Assembly: GCA_034659275.1 (NCBI GenBank)
Contig: JAYEGY010000049.1
Location: 121-64,120 of the forward strand
Length of the DNA: 64,000 bases
Direction of reading: 5' to 3'
Source: Bacteroidota bacterium
GTDB taxonomy: Bacteria; Bacteroidota; Bacteroidia; Bacteroidales; VadinHA17
The notes under the pieces were generated by a model. The model saw only the letters and a program-made list of their open reading frames with translations. It was not told the DNA's origin and ran no database searches. This document shows positions 9,693 through 18,318 of this stretch, in pieces; position 1 is the stretch's first letter, and each line of letters begins with the position of its first letter. The translations under genes were made by a program, and so were the position numbers.

Positions 9693-10480
9693 TGAAAAAA
9701 GCTTTTTTCATAATATTCATTACTTCTTTTGTAGCAATATCCTGCGAGGAAGTCATTGACATCAATCTCAATGATTCGTCACCCCGGCTGGTTGCCGAAG
9801 GCAGTATACTGTATAATTCAGTATGCAATGTGAGACTGACATATACATCCAACTACTTCGACACTACAGGAGCTACTGTTGAAGAGAATGCCATCATCAC
9901 CATATCCGACAGTGAAGAAAGATCTGAAGTTCTGGAATATACAGGCGAAGGTAATTACAGGGGCGATGTGATTACAGGACTCCCCGGGCATATTTATACC
10001 ATAACCATTACCGTGAGCAATAATGAGTACCAGGCTCAGTCGTCATTACACCATCATCCCACACTTCTTAAGCTTATATACGAAGAGCTTGAAATCCCTC
10101 ATTATACTGAAAAGACTATTTACACAATAAAAAGCCTGATTGTGGATGACAGATACCATGAAAATTATTACCTGTTCAGGTACTACAGGAACGGTGAAAT
10201 GTTGAATGACTATTATTCAACATACAGTGACCGTTTCATTCAAAGTGACACCGTATTATATTCCGATTACATGCTTGATTTTTACCGGGGCGACACTGTA
10301 AAGGTTGAATTTTATGCCATTGACAGGAAGGTATACAATTATTTCAACCTGGTAAATGATGTTTTATTCAGTCCCATGAACTCTTCAACGCCTTTTAACC
10401 CCGCATCCAACTTCACCGGCGGCATTCTTGGTTATTTTATGGCTGCTTCATTCGACAGTAAAACTATAATCATTGATTAA
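9692..10480 (+). CDS. DUF4249 family lipoprotein
   Basis: Lipobox AISC then EEVIDINL, PASNF..G.LGYF; coupled to the TBDR (TGATG overlap). Confidence 0.85.
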   Translation: MKKAFFIIFITSFVAISCEEVIDINLNDSSPRLVAEGSILYNSVCNVRLTYTSNYFDTTGATVEENAIITISDSEERSEVLEYTGEGNYRGDVITGLPGHIYTITITVSNNEYQAQSSLHHHPTLLKLIYEELEIPHYTEKTIYTIKSLIVDDRYHENYYLFRYYRNGEMLNDYYSTYSDRFIQSDTVLYSDYMLDFYRGDTVKVEFYAIDRKVYNYFNLVNDVLFSPMNSSTPFNPASNFTGGILGYFMAASFDSKTIIID

Positions 10481-11289
10481 TCATACATACTATCATAGTC
10501 CCTGTTTGCTTTCCGTAGTATTATCCTGACCATGCAGGGGAAAAATCTCAGAGCAAATCCCTGTAATTTGCCCACTGTGCTCAGGGTCACTGATTTTTTC
10601 TTTTTATATACCAGCCTGGCTATTTCTTTTGCCACATCCTCCCTTCTTGCTTTCTTCTGACCCCTTTCAGGAAGTTTTTTGTATGTTCCGTCGGGGTATA
10701 ATATTTGCTTATTTTCTTCATTCTCGGTAAAGCCGACGTATATTATCCCGGTATGGAGTCCTTTTTTTTCCAGCTCAACCTGCATTGCTTCAGCCAGTGC
10801 ACTCAGGCCCATTTTAGAAACACTGTAAGTAGAATGACCCGGCATCCCCACTTTGCCTGCGAGGGTGGATATAAAAACAACACTGCCTTTTGTCTTAATA
10901 AGATGGGGAAGTGCAAATGTACTCATATACACCGGTCCCATCAGGTTGATGCCGACCACCCTGTCCCAGGCATCTATTGACAGTTCACGAAATTTACCAT
11001 GGCTTCCAATCCCTGCATTATTGATAAGAATATCCAGTTTGCCATATTCTTTTATTATACTGTCTATCATGCCACGGCATTGATCACTGTCAGATACATC
11101 ACCGGCCAGCTTCAGACATGTAATATTATTTTTCTCTAGCTCCCGGCATGTCTCCTCAAGCGACTCAAGCTTACGGCCATTGATACATACTTTAGCACCA
11201 TAGCTGCCCAGAAGCCCGGCAGTTGCCTTCCCTATGCCCTTGCTTGATCCTGTGATAAATACAACTTTATCCTTAAAATGTTTCTCCAT
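10477..11289 (-). CDS. Classical SDR oxidoreductase
   Basis: TGSSKGIG, NNAG, YSVSK. Confidence 0.9.
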   Translation of the reverse strand: MEKHFKDKVVFITGSSKGIGKATAGLLGSYGAKVCINGRKLESLEETCRELEKNNITCLKLAGDVSDSDQCRGMIDSIIKEYGKLDILINNAGIGSHGKFRELSIDAWDRVVGINLMGPVYMSTFALPHLIKTKGSVVFISTLAGKVGMPGHSTYSVSKMGLSALAEAMQVELEKKGLHTGIIYVGFTENEENKQILYPDGTYKKLPERGQKKARREDVAKEIARLVYKKKKSVTLSTVGKLQGFALRFFPCMVRIILRKANRDYDSMYD

Positions 11290-12280
11290 TATCTTTCTTT
11301 ATATAATCATTATCCCTGAACCATTTAACCGCTTCCCTCAATGCATCACTCACCGGTGTCTGGGGCATTCCCAGTTCATCCACGGCTTTTTTGCTTGAAT
11401 AAAAGTGTTTTTCGGTAGATATAAGTGCCATGGGATAGTTAAGCGGTGGCGTGAACCTGAAAATTGCAGAGCCCAATGAAAGAAGGCCTCCGTATGCCAG
11501 TGTAAGGAATTTGGGCATTTTCAATGAGGGTGCTTTTACACCGAGGGCAGTGGCCATTTTTTCAAAAGCTTCCTTATAGGTAAGGTTTTCATTGGCCAGG
11601 ATATAACATTCGCCGGTTCGACCTTTGTCTATTGCATTGATTATTGTTTGTGCTACATCTTTCACATACACAAAATTCCTTCCACCGGCAGGGTACCCGG
11701 GTAGTTTACCCTGGCCCACAGCTAATATCATGGTCCCTGAACTGGGTTTTGAATCATAGGGTCCGATCATAAAGGTAGGGTTCAGGATAACAGCATTCAG
11801 TCCTTCTTCCCTCACTGCTTTTAATACCTCCTGTTGAGCCGCATTTTTTGAACACATATAATCCAGTTTAAACTTCTCCCCTGCATAGGGTCGACCCTCG
11901 TCACCCGGATCGGATTCATCGCCCGGCCCGAAAGAATTTGCTGTACCAATATGAATTAACTTTGATATTCCCAGCTCTTTAACCGCAGCGATAACATTCC
12001 TAGTACCTTCAACATTAATTTTCCAGTAGTTTTTATTCCTCGGGGGCAAGGTATCTGTTTTTGCCGCAGCATGAATAACAACATCATACCCTTTCATTGC
12101 ATTTTTCAGCTCTTCATAGTTGAGTATGCTGCCCCATGATTTTGTTATGTTCAGCTCCCTGAGATAGCGGGCCTCTTTACCCGTTTCAATGAATACTTTT
12201 ACGTCATAATCCCAGTCAAGGAGTATTCTCACAAGGTTATTACCCAGTATACCGTCAGCCCCGGTAATAAATATTTTCAT
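11273..12280 (-). CDS. Extended SDR, NAD-dependent epimerase/dehydratase (dihydroflavonol reductase/HpnA-like)
   Basis: TGADGILG, HAAA, NVEGT, YMCSK, NPTFMIGP. Confidence 0.85.
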   Translation of the reverse strand: MKIFITGADGILGNNLVRILLDWDYDVKVFIETGKEARYLRELNITKSWGSILNYEELKNAMKGYDVVIHAAAKTDTLPPRNKNYWKINVEGTRNVIAAVKELGISKLIHIGTANSFGPGDESDPGDEGRPYAGEKFKLDYMCSKNAAQQEVLKAVREEGLNAVILNPTFMIGPYDSKPSSGTMILAVGQGKLPGYPAGGRNFVYVKDVAQTIINAIDKGRTGECYILANENLTYKEAFEKMATALGVKAPSLKMPKFLTLAYGGLLSLGSAIFRFTPPLNYPMALISTEKHFYSSKKAVDELGMPQTPVSDALREAVKWFRDNDYIKKDNGETF

Positions 12281-12303
12281 TTTTTATTCTTTTCATAAGT
12301 ATT

Positions 12304-14652
12304 TCACCTGACAATTATCTCATCGGCAAATATCCATGCTTTATCTCCTGCTCCGGCATGCCACTCCGGGCATTCAATAATACTCTGGCCCAATACGCGT
12401 ACATACCTTACCTGCCGGGGTTTTAACGTAAAGGCAAATTCTTTTATTTCCCTATCCTGTCCCCTGGTCTTGAGGTCATTATCCGCCCTCGCAAGGTCAG
12501 TGAATGATTCCCCGTCGACCGAGGTCTGGAAGAGAACATATTCCGGGAGGAAGACCCAGCTTCCCACGCTGCTTAAAAAGCTTATTGAGACCGATGACAC
12601 ATCTGTTATTGCATTCAGATCAATGGTAACATCAAGATCTTTACCATCAAATCCCTGCCACTGGCCATCGGCAAAATTCAGGGATCCTTTTATCCCGTTC
12701 ACCAGTGTCAGTTCTCCAGAAGCCTCATATTTATCGCTGTACTTATGGGCGTAGGTAACATCACATCCGGTTGCTTCATGGATATATACTGTTTCCTCGC
12801 TTATTCGGCCTCTTGATGTGTCCCCGGTAAAAACAGCTGCTTTAATGCTGCGTGTAGAGTCAACCATAAGTGGTTGAGAGTAAATCGCGGAACCAGCGGA
12901 CGCGTCAGTGCCATCAAGGGTATAATGTATCTCCGCACCGGGGAACCCTGATTCCATGCTCACTACTACCGCGTTCTTGCTTTCATCGTATTTTGCTTCT
13001 ATATAAACACTGAATAAGGCCTTTGAATAATTAAGTCCCATTATATCTAATCTCTCGAAGAATTTGCTCAACCTGCGGCTGAAATCTTTCCAGTCAAGTT
13101 TATCCTGCGGCAGCCATAATACTTCAGCGAGTGCTGTCATACGGGGCAAAACCATATATTCAGCATGATCACCGGTTTTAATATACTCAGTCCAGAGGTT
13201 AGCCTGTGCTCCCAGGATATATTTCTCTTCCTCTTCAGAGAGGGCATCTGGTACGGGATCAAATGAGTATACTTTTTTCACCGGGGTATATCCCCCTATA
13301 GCCCTGGGTTCAGTTGCTTCATCATCCTGGTAGTGATCAAAATAGCAATGGGAACCAGGGCTCATCACTACATAATGACCGCTATGGGCAGCTTCAATAC
13401 CTCCCGACATTCCCCTCCATGACATTACTGCTGCGCCTGGCGCCAGTCCGCCTTCCAGTATTTCGTCCCATCCAATTAGCTTCCTACCGTTTGCGGAAAG
13501 AAATTTTTCTATTCGCTTAATGAAATAACTCTGTAGTTCAGCTTCATCCTTTAATCCTTCCTGCCTTATTTTTGCCTGGCAGTCAGGACATTCCTCCCAC
13601 CTCGACTTATCAGCCTCGTCGCCACCGATATGTATATATTCAGAAGGAAAAAGATCCATTACTTCCGTTAACACATCCTGGAGGAAGTCGAAAGTTTTCT
13701 CTTTACCGGCGCAATAGATATCGCTAATGGGCCAAAATCCTCCGGGGGGAACGGTAAAAGGTCCACCGGTGCATGATAACTCGGGGTATGCTGCCAGGGC
13801 CGAAGTAACATGTGCGGGCATTTCTATTTCAGGAACAATTGTAACATGCCTTTCCTGCGCGTATTTTACTATATCCCTGATCTCTTCCTGTGTATAGAAA
13901 CCACCATAAGTGGCAACCTCTCCCGGTTTCTGAGGTTCCCGTGCATTCCATGGCTGATCTTCACGGTTAACACGCCAGCCACCAACTCCGGTAAGCTTTG
14001 GATATTTCTTTATCTCAATCCTCCATCCCTGGTCGTCGACCAAATGCCAGTGAAAGACATTCATCTTATGCATGGCAATAAGATCTATGTAACGCTTAAC
14101 AAATTCCACTGGAAAAAAATGCCTGCTTACGTCAAGATGCATACCACGCCAGGAAAACCTTGGATAATCTTCAATGTAAATACAGGGGACCTCCCATGAT
14201 ATAATATCAGCTTTTCCCGAAGCTTCAAATTCAGGTGGGAAAAGTTGCCTCACGGTCTGGATACCATAAAAAATACCCACGGGATCGGGTGCACTGATAT
14301 GTATCTTTCTCCTGTCAATCTCAAGAGTGTAAGACTCATCACCATTTATTGAAGTATCTGCAAGTTCCAGGATAATACCTTTCGGGGCGTCGATATCATT
14401 GTCTATAGCCAGGGAGTAGCCTGTAGGTGCTTCAATCATTTCTGCAAAATGTTTTGCTGTTTGCTGCAAGCGCGGGCTATCAGTTACATGAATAACCGTT
14501 GCCTTGTCGAGCCTGAAAACACCGCCTCGCTCTTCAATGCAAACAGGCTTTGGCAGAAGTACAAGTTCCCTGACTTCGCTTCTTTGCCTTTTACATGAAA
14601 AGAATGACAGCAGGGTAATTACCATAATAAGTTGGATTACAATTGCCCTCAT
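12304..14652 (-). CDS. GH20 beta-N-acetylhexosaminidase lipoprotein with Fn3-like and F5/8-type C-terminal domains
   Basis: Lipobox FFSC; DYPRFSWRGMHLDVSRHF, EIEMPAH, HIGGDEA, ANLWTE. Confidence 0.93.
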   Translation of the reverse strand: MRAIVIQLIMVITLLSFFSCKRQRSEVRELVLLPKPVCIEERGGVFRLDKATVIHVTDSPRLQQTAKHFAEMIEAPTGYSLAIDNDIDAPKGIILELADTSINGDESYTLEIDRRKIHISAPDPVGIFYGIQTVRQLFPPEFEASGKADIISWEVPCIYIEDYPRFSWRGMHLDVSRHFFPVEFVKRYIDLIAMHKMNVFHWHLVDDQGWRIEIKKYPKLTGVGGWRVNREDQPWNAREPQKPGEVATYGGFYTQEEIRDIVKYAQERHVTIVPEIEMPAHVTSALAAYPELSCTGGPFTVPPGGFWPISDIYCAGKEKTFDFLQDVLTEVMDLFPSEYIHIGGDEADKSRWEECPDCQAKIRQEGLKDEAELQSYFIKRIEKFLSANGRKLIGWDEILEGGLAPGAAVMSWRGMSGGIEAAHSGHYVVMSPGSHCYFDHYQDDEATEPRAIGGYTPVKKVYSFDPVPDALSEEEEKYILGAQANLWTEYIKTGDHAEYMVLPRMTALAEVLWLPQDKLDWKDFSRRLSKFFERLDIMGLNYSKALFSVYIEAKYDESKNAVVVSMESGFPGAEIHYTLDGTDASAGSAIYSQPLMVDSTRSIKAAVFTGDTSRGRISEETVYIHEATGCDVTYAHKYSDKYEASGELTLVNGIKGSLNFADGQWQGFDGKDLDVTIDLNAITDVSSVSISFLSSVGSWVFLPEYVLFQTSVDGESFTDLARADNDLKTRGQDREIKEFAFTLKPRQVRYVRVLGQSIIECPEWHAGAGDKAWIFADEIIVR

Positions 14653-14817
14653 AAATGTGATTTTCGGTATTTAATAATATTCGGGGCGGGAAATTATAAA
14701 ATAATAAGCAGAAAATAAGCTAAAGGGACTATTTTTGTTATACCATATGCTTTGTTTGATATTGCTTATACTTTAAAGGATACGGCATATTTTATCAGGG
14801 ACCATAAGAGGTATAAA

Positions 14818-15858
14818 ATGAAAGAATCTTTGTTCGGGAAAAGTATAGATGAGTTAATCCCAATAGTAAAGGAGGAAGGTCTGCCGGCATTTACAGCCCG
14901 ACAGATAGCTGAATGGCTCTATAAACACAGGGTCAGCAGTATTGATGATATGACAAACCTGTCGAAACGTGCCAGGGAAGGTCTGAAAGAAAAATATGTC
15001 ATTTCACATGCAGGCCCGGTTGGTGTTATGGAATCAGCTGATGGGACAAAGAAATACCTCTTCCCGGCCGGCGACGGTAAATTTATTGAAGCAGCTTATA
15101 TACCTGAAAAAAGCAGGAATACATTATGTTTATCAAGCCAGGTTGGGTGCAGGATGGGATGTCCTTTCTGCATGACCGGCAGGCAGGGCTTACAGGGGAA
15201 CCTGACTGCCGGGGAAATACTGAACCAGGTAATACGCATCCCCGAAACCGAAGACATCACCAACCTGGTATACATGGGAATGGGCGAACCTTTTGATAAT
15301 ACTGAAAACGTTATACGTTCTGTTGAAATCCTGACCTCAGAATGGGGTTTTGCCATGTCGCCCAGACGTATCACCGTATCGACCATCGGAATAATACCCG
15401 GTATTAAGGAGTTTCTTGCTTCAACCGGGGCACATCTTGCAGTAAGTATGCATACTCCTTTCAGTGATGAACGCAGGGAACTGATGCCCGTTGAAAATAA
15501 ATACCCACTTGAAGAAATAATGAAGGTCATAAAAGGTTACGACTGGGGTAGGCAGCGAAGAATATCATTTGAATATATAATGTTCAGGGGTATTAATGAC
15601 AGCGACCGCCACGTAAATGAAATTACCAGGATGCTTGGCGGCTTGCGCTGCCGTGTTAACCTGATACGTTATCATTCTGTTCCCGGCATGCCTTACGAAA
15701 GCAGCAGTGATGAAACCATCACGAGATTCAGGGATAAATTAACTGCTAAAGGTATTACCACGACAATACGTGCATCCAGGGGCGAGGATATCATGGCGGC
15801 CTGCGGGATGCTGTCGACGATGAAAGATGAAATGCGAGATGCGAAAGATGAGATATGA
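14818..15858 (+). CDS. rlmN: 23S rRNA/tRNA m2A methyltransferase RlmN
   Basis: CLSSQVGCRMGCPFC, MGMGEP, NLI, RASRG.DI.AACG; ATG 14818 preferred over TTG 14752. Confidence 0.95.
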   Translation: MKESLFGKSIDELIPIVKEEGLPAFTARQIAEWLYKHRVSSIDDMTNLSKRAREGLKEKYVISHAGPVGVMESADGTKKYLFPAGDGKFIEAAYIPEKSRNTLCLSSQVGCRMGCPFCMTGRQGLQGNLTAGEILNQVIRIPETEDITNLVYMGMGEPFDNTENVIRSVEILTSEWGFAMSPRRITVSTIGIIPGIKEFLASTGAHLAVSMHTPFSDERRELMPVENKYPLEEIMKVIKGYDWGRQRRISFEYIMFRGINDSDRHVNEITRMLGGLRCRVNLIRYHSVPGMPYESSSDETITRFRDKLTAKGITTTIRASRGEDIMAACGMLSTMKDEMRDAKDEI

Positions 15859-15859
15859 A

Positions 15860-15918
15860 TTTCATTATTGCTCGCTTCCACTGTCCAGAATCATTACCAC
15901 CTCGCTAGCTCGGCCTCA
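15860..15918. repeat. ~60-bp dispersed repeat, copy A
   Basis: tttcattattgctcgcttccac...ctcgctagctcggcctca aligns by eye with 57077-57138. Confidence 0.7.
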
Positions 15919-15927
15919 GCCTTATTG

Positions 15928-18114
15928 TTAAATCTCAAGGTTGGACATTTCTTCGCTTATCTCAAACTCATATTCCGGGTATTCATAAACCGGTATCCTG
16001 GGTTCTGTTTCACCTATTGAATATCCCCATATGCTTTCATATTCATTGGGGTTCTCACCCAGGTCTGCCAGCTGGCTAAGGTATTCACTTATTGACTTTG
16101 ATTCAATAATGATAACCTTGCCCATTTTATTAATGATGGGACTATGCAGCCTGGTGGGATCATGGTCAAACTCGAGTATTCTCCGTCCATACCTTGTTAT
16201 ACCTATCACCCTGTATGTCAGGCTTTTGCCCACGCCGGGAAGGTTAATCACGTTCCTGTCGGTTGCAAGGAAGGGTATATTGGCTTTCTGCCTTAATGAA
16301 TTTATATTTTCCTGGATGTTTTCGGCTTCTGTAGGAAATTCCTTTATCTCATCATAATATTCCTCAGGTATGAAGCCAAGGACTTTTTCTTCAATCTGCT
16401 CCTGGACAGCCCTTGCATTGGGCGAAAAATTAAAATTATTCTCCATATAACCTTTCACTGAGAAAGTATAATATGTTAACACTCCGATGTCATTAAGCAC
16501 CTTTCTCAGTTTGGAAGTGTGGCCCCTCCTCGAAGCCGCGGTGGTAAATACCAGCTGGTTTGTGACAGTCCAGCCTGCCCCTATCAGTTGTCTCAATCCG
16601 TCTCTTGCTTCAGGTGTCACTTCCATCGGTGATTCAAAATGTGTCTGTATGAGAAACTGTTTTATTCCTATGGCAGAGGCCTTTACCTTGAAATCACGTA
16701 AGACGGCAGCCAGTTCAGGACTTAATCTCTGGGGCAGGTATACCGGCAAGCGTGTACCTAATCTTACCCTTTGTATTTCGGCATGCTTTTCTCCCTCCTG
16801 AAGGTTTTTATTTGCTTTCTTTTTTCTCAGTGCCATATCGTAGACCGCATCGAGTATCTTTGCAAGTGATTTATCGGTACTCATAAGGGCATCCCCACCT
16901 GTAATTAGAATATCCCGTATCTGGGTATCCTTTTCGAAATACAACATTATATCTTTGAGCTTTTCACTCCATGATTTTCTAGGCTTAAGTTTATCAAGGT
17001 TGAAGTTAAGGTGACCTCTCTGGAAATCATACATGCGCTGGCATGATGAACATAAACCTGCACATGCCCTACCCATGGTATCAGGTATCAGTATTGCCAC
17101 TTCAGGATACCTGCGGTGCACATTATTATAGGTTGGTAATATCCATCCTGCAGCATTGGGTTTCCCGGGTTCAACCAGGTCTTCTTTTTCCCATGCCACT
17201 ATATGCCCGAATTCGTCAACCAGTTGCTGGCTGTAAAGGACATAATACCTGATTGCAAGGTCGGCTCCAATTGCAAAATACGGAACCCTGACATGCAATA
17301 AAGACAGGTAATAAGGATTGACAAAGAAAGGTATTCCTTTTGCCCTGGCCTGGTTCAGTATCTTCATAGTATCAGGATCAAGGGAATTGCCCAGCATTTC
17401 GTTCAATAAGTCGGGCGACCTGACGGCAAACTTGAGGTGGAACGAAGGTTCCTTCCACCATTTAAGCATCTTAAGGAATTTTTGCTCTCTTGATAATCCT
17501 TCTTCGAAATAATATTTCTTATCATTGATAAGTCCTGCCTCCATCTTATCAATGAATATTTTTATTATCCTGTCCCTGTTTTCCTCCCTGAGCTTCACTA
17601 TCCTGGGATCCAGTCCCGAGGGGAAGCGTTCCATCCATGACCTCATCTGCTTTTTATCGGGTTTCCTGCATACATAGGTTCCTGCCAGCTGCCTGAACAG
17701 GTACAGCATATCATCAAAGAATGCCGGCTTGGCACCTCCCGTACCGTAAGTTACGGCCATCCATATCATTTTTATGGGATTACTTATTGCCTTCTCTCCC
17801 CTCAAGTTAAGATCCTCATAGGAGCGTCCTGCATGATCAACATAATCCAGAATCCTGATAGCTGCATAATCTTTCCATTCCAGCCTTTCAAATGCTTCTC
17901 TTCCCTTGACTTCTGCTTTGTAAAATTTATAGGCTTCGGGCCTGCTTTCAAGTATGCCTGATACCCAGTCTTTGACACCAATTAAGGCTTCAGTCTCATT
18001 CCTCGCATTTCTCATTATCTCTTCCAGTACCGGGTTTTCTTTCAGCAGTTGTTTAAGTGTACGGTGAGCTTTTACATTAATGGCAATCCTGTCAAGATCT
18101 AAAAATTTGTCCAT
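15928..18114 (-). CDS. Long KamA-family radical SAM/PLP aminomutase (glutamate 2,3-aminomutase-like residues)
   Basis: HRRYP, CAGLCSSCQR, LITGGDAL, RLGTR, THF, YYTFSVK, NLPGVGK; 728 aa. Confidence 0.88.
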   Translation of the reverse strand: MDKFLDLDRIAINVKAHRTLKQLLKENPVLEEIMRNARNETEALIGVKDWVSGILESRPEAYKFYKAEVKGREAFERLEWKDYAAIRILDYVDHAGRSYEDLNLRGEKAISNPIKMIWMAVTYGTGGAKPAFFDDMLYLFRQLAGTYVCRKPDKKQMRSWMERFPSGLDPRIVKLREENRDRIIKIFIDKMEAGLINDKKYYFEEGLSREQKFLKMLKWWKEPSFHLKFAVRSPDLLNEMLGNSLDPDTMKILNQARAKGIPFFVNPYYLSLLHVRVPYFAIGADLAIRYYVLYSQQLVDEFGHIVAWEKEDLVEPGKPNAAGWILPTYNNVHRRYPEVAILIPDTMGRACAGLCSSCQRMYDFQRGHLNFNLDKLKPRKSWSEKLKDIMLYFEKDTQIRDILITGGDALMSTDKSLAKILDAVYDMALRKKKANKNLQEGEKHAEIQRVRLGTRLPVYLPQRLSPELAAVLRDFKVKASAIGIKQFLIQTHFESPMEVTPEARDGLRQLIGAGWTVTNQLVFTTAASRRGHTSKLRKVLNDIGVLTYYTFSVKGYMENNFNFSPNARAVQEQIEEKVLGFIPEEYYDEIKEFPTEAENIQENINSLRQKANIPFLATDRNVINLPGVGKSLTYRVIGITRYGRRILEFDHDPTRLHSPIINKMGKVIIIESKSISEYLSQLADLGENPNEYESIWGYSIGETEPRIPVYEYPEYEFEISEEMSNLEI

Positions 18115-18174
18115 GATGCTGAGGCTTGATTAAAAACTTATTAAATGTAATAAAAATGTTTAAAATAACTAAAA

Positions 18175-18258
18175 GGCGTGGGTCTGGAACCGAACAGCCT
18201 GAACATGCTGTAAGCATGTGAGGGCTGTGAGCTCGACGAAATTAGTCAGACCCACACC
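18175..18258 (-). ncRNA. Candidate structured cis-regulatory RNA or sRNA in the 5' leader of the kamA-like gene
   Basis: Nested stems GGTGTGGGTCTG/CAGACCCACGCC, GAGCT/GGTTC, ACAGCC/GGCTGT, ACATGC/GCATGT; G-U pairs on the minus strand are C-A mismatches on plus; followed by TTTT. Confidence 0.6.
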
Positions 18259-18318
18259 AGCAAATAGCAATGAGGTTATCACTTTGATTTTCTGGGGAAT
18301 ATTTCTTACCTTTTATTT

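Noticed and set aside
14752-14817. N-terminal extension of RlmN from the TTG start
   Set aside because: Family similarity begins at MKESLFG (ATG 14818)
15928-18114. EpmB (EF-P beta-lysylation) or a lysine-fermentation KamA
   Set aside because: About twice the expected size, lysine-binding aspartates replaced, and no efp/epmA or kamDE neighbours
18175-18258. tRNA, Y RNA, SRP or 6S identity for the hairpin next to rtcB
   Set aside because: No cloverleaf, T-loop or CCA; no SRP GNRA/GGAAG-AGCAG motif; too short for 6S; no Ro60 nearby
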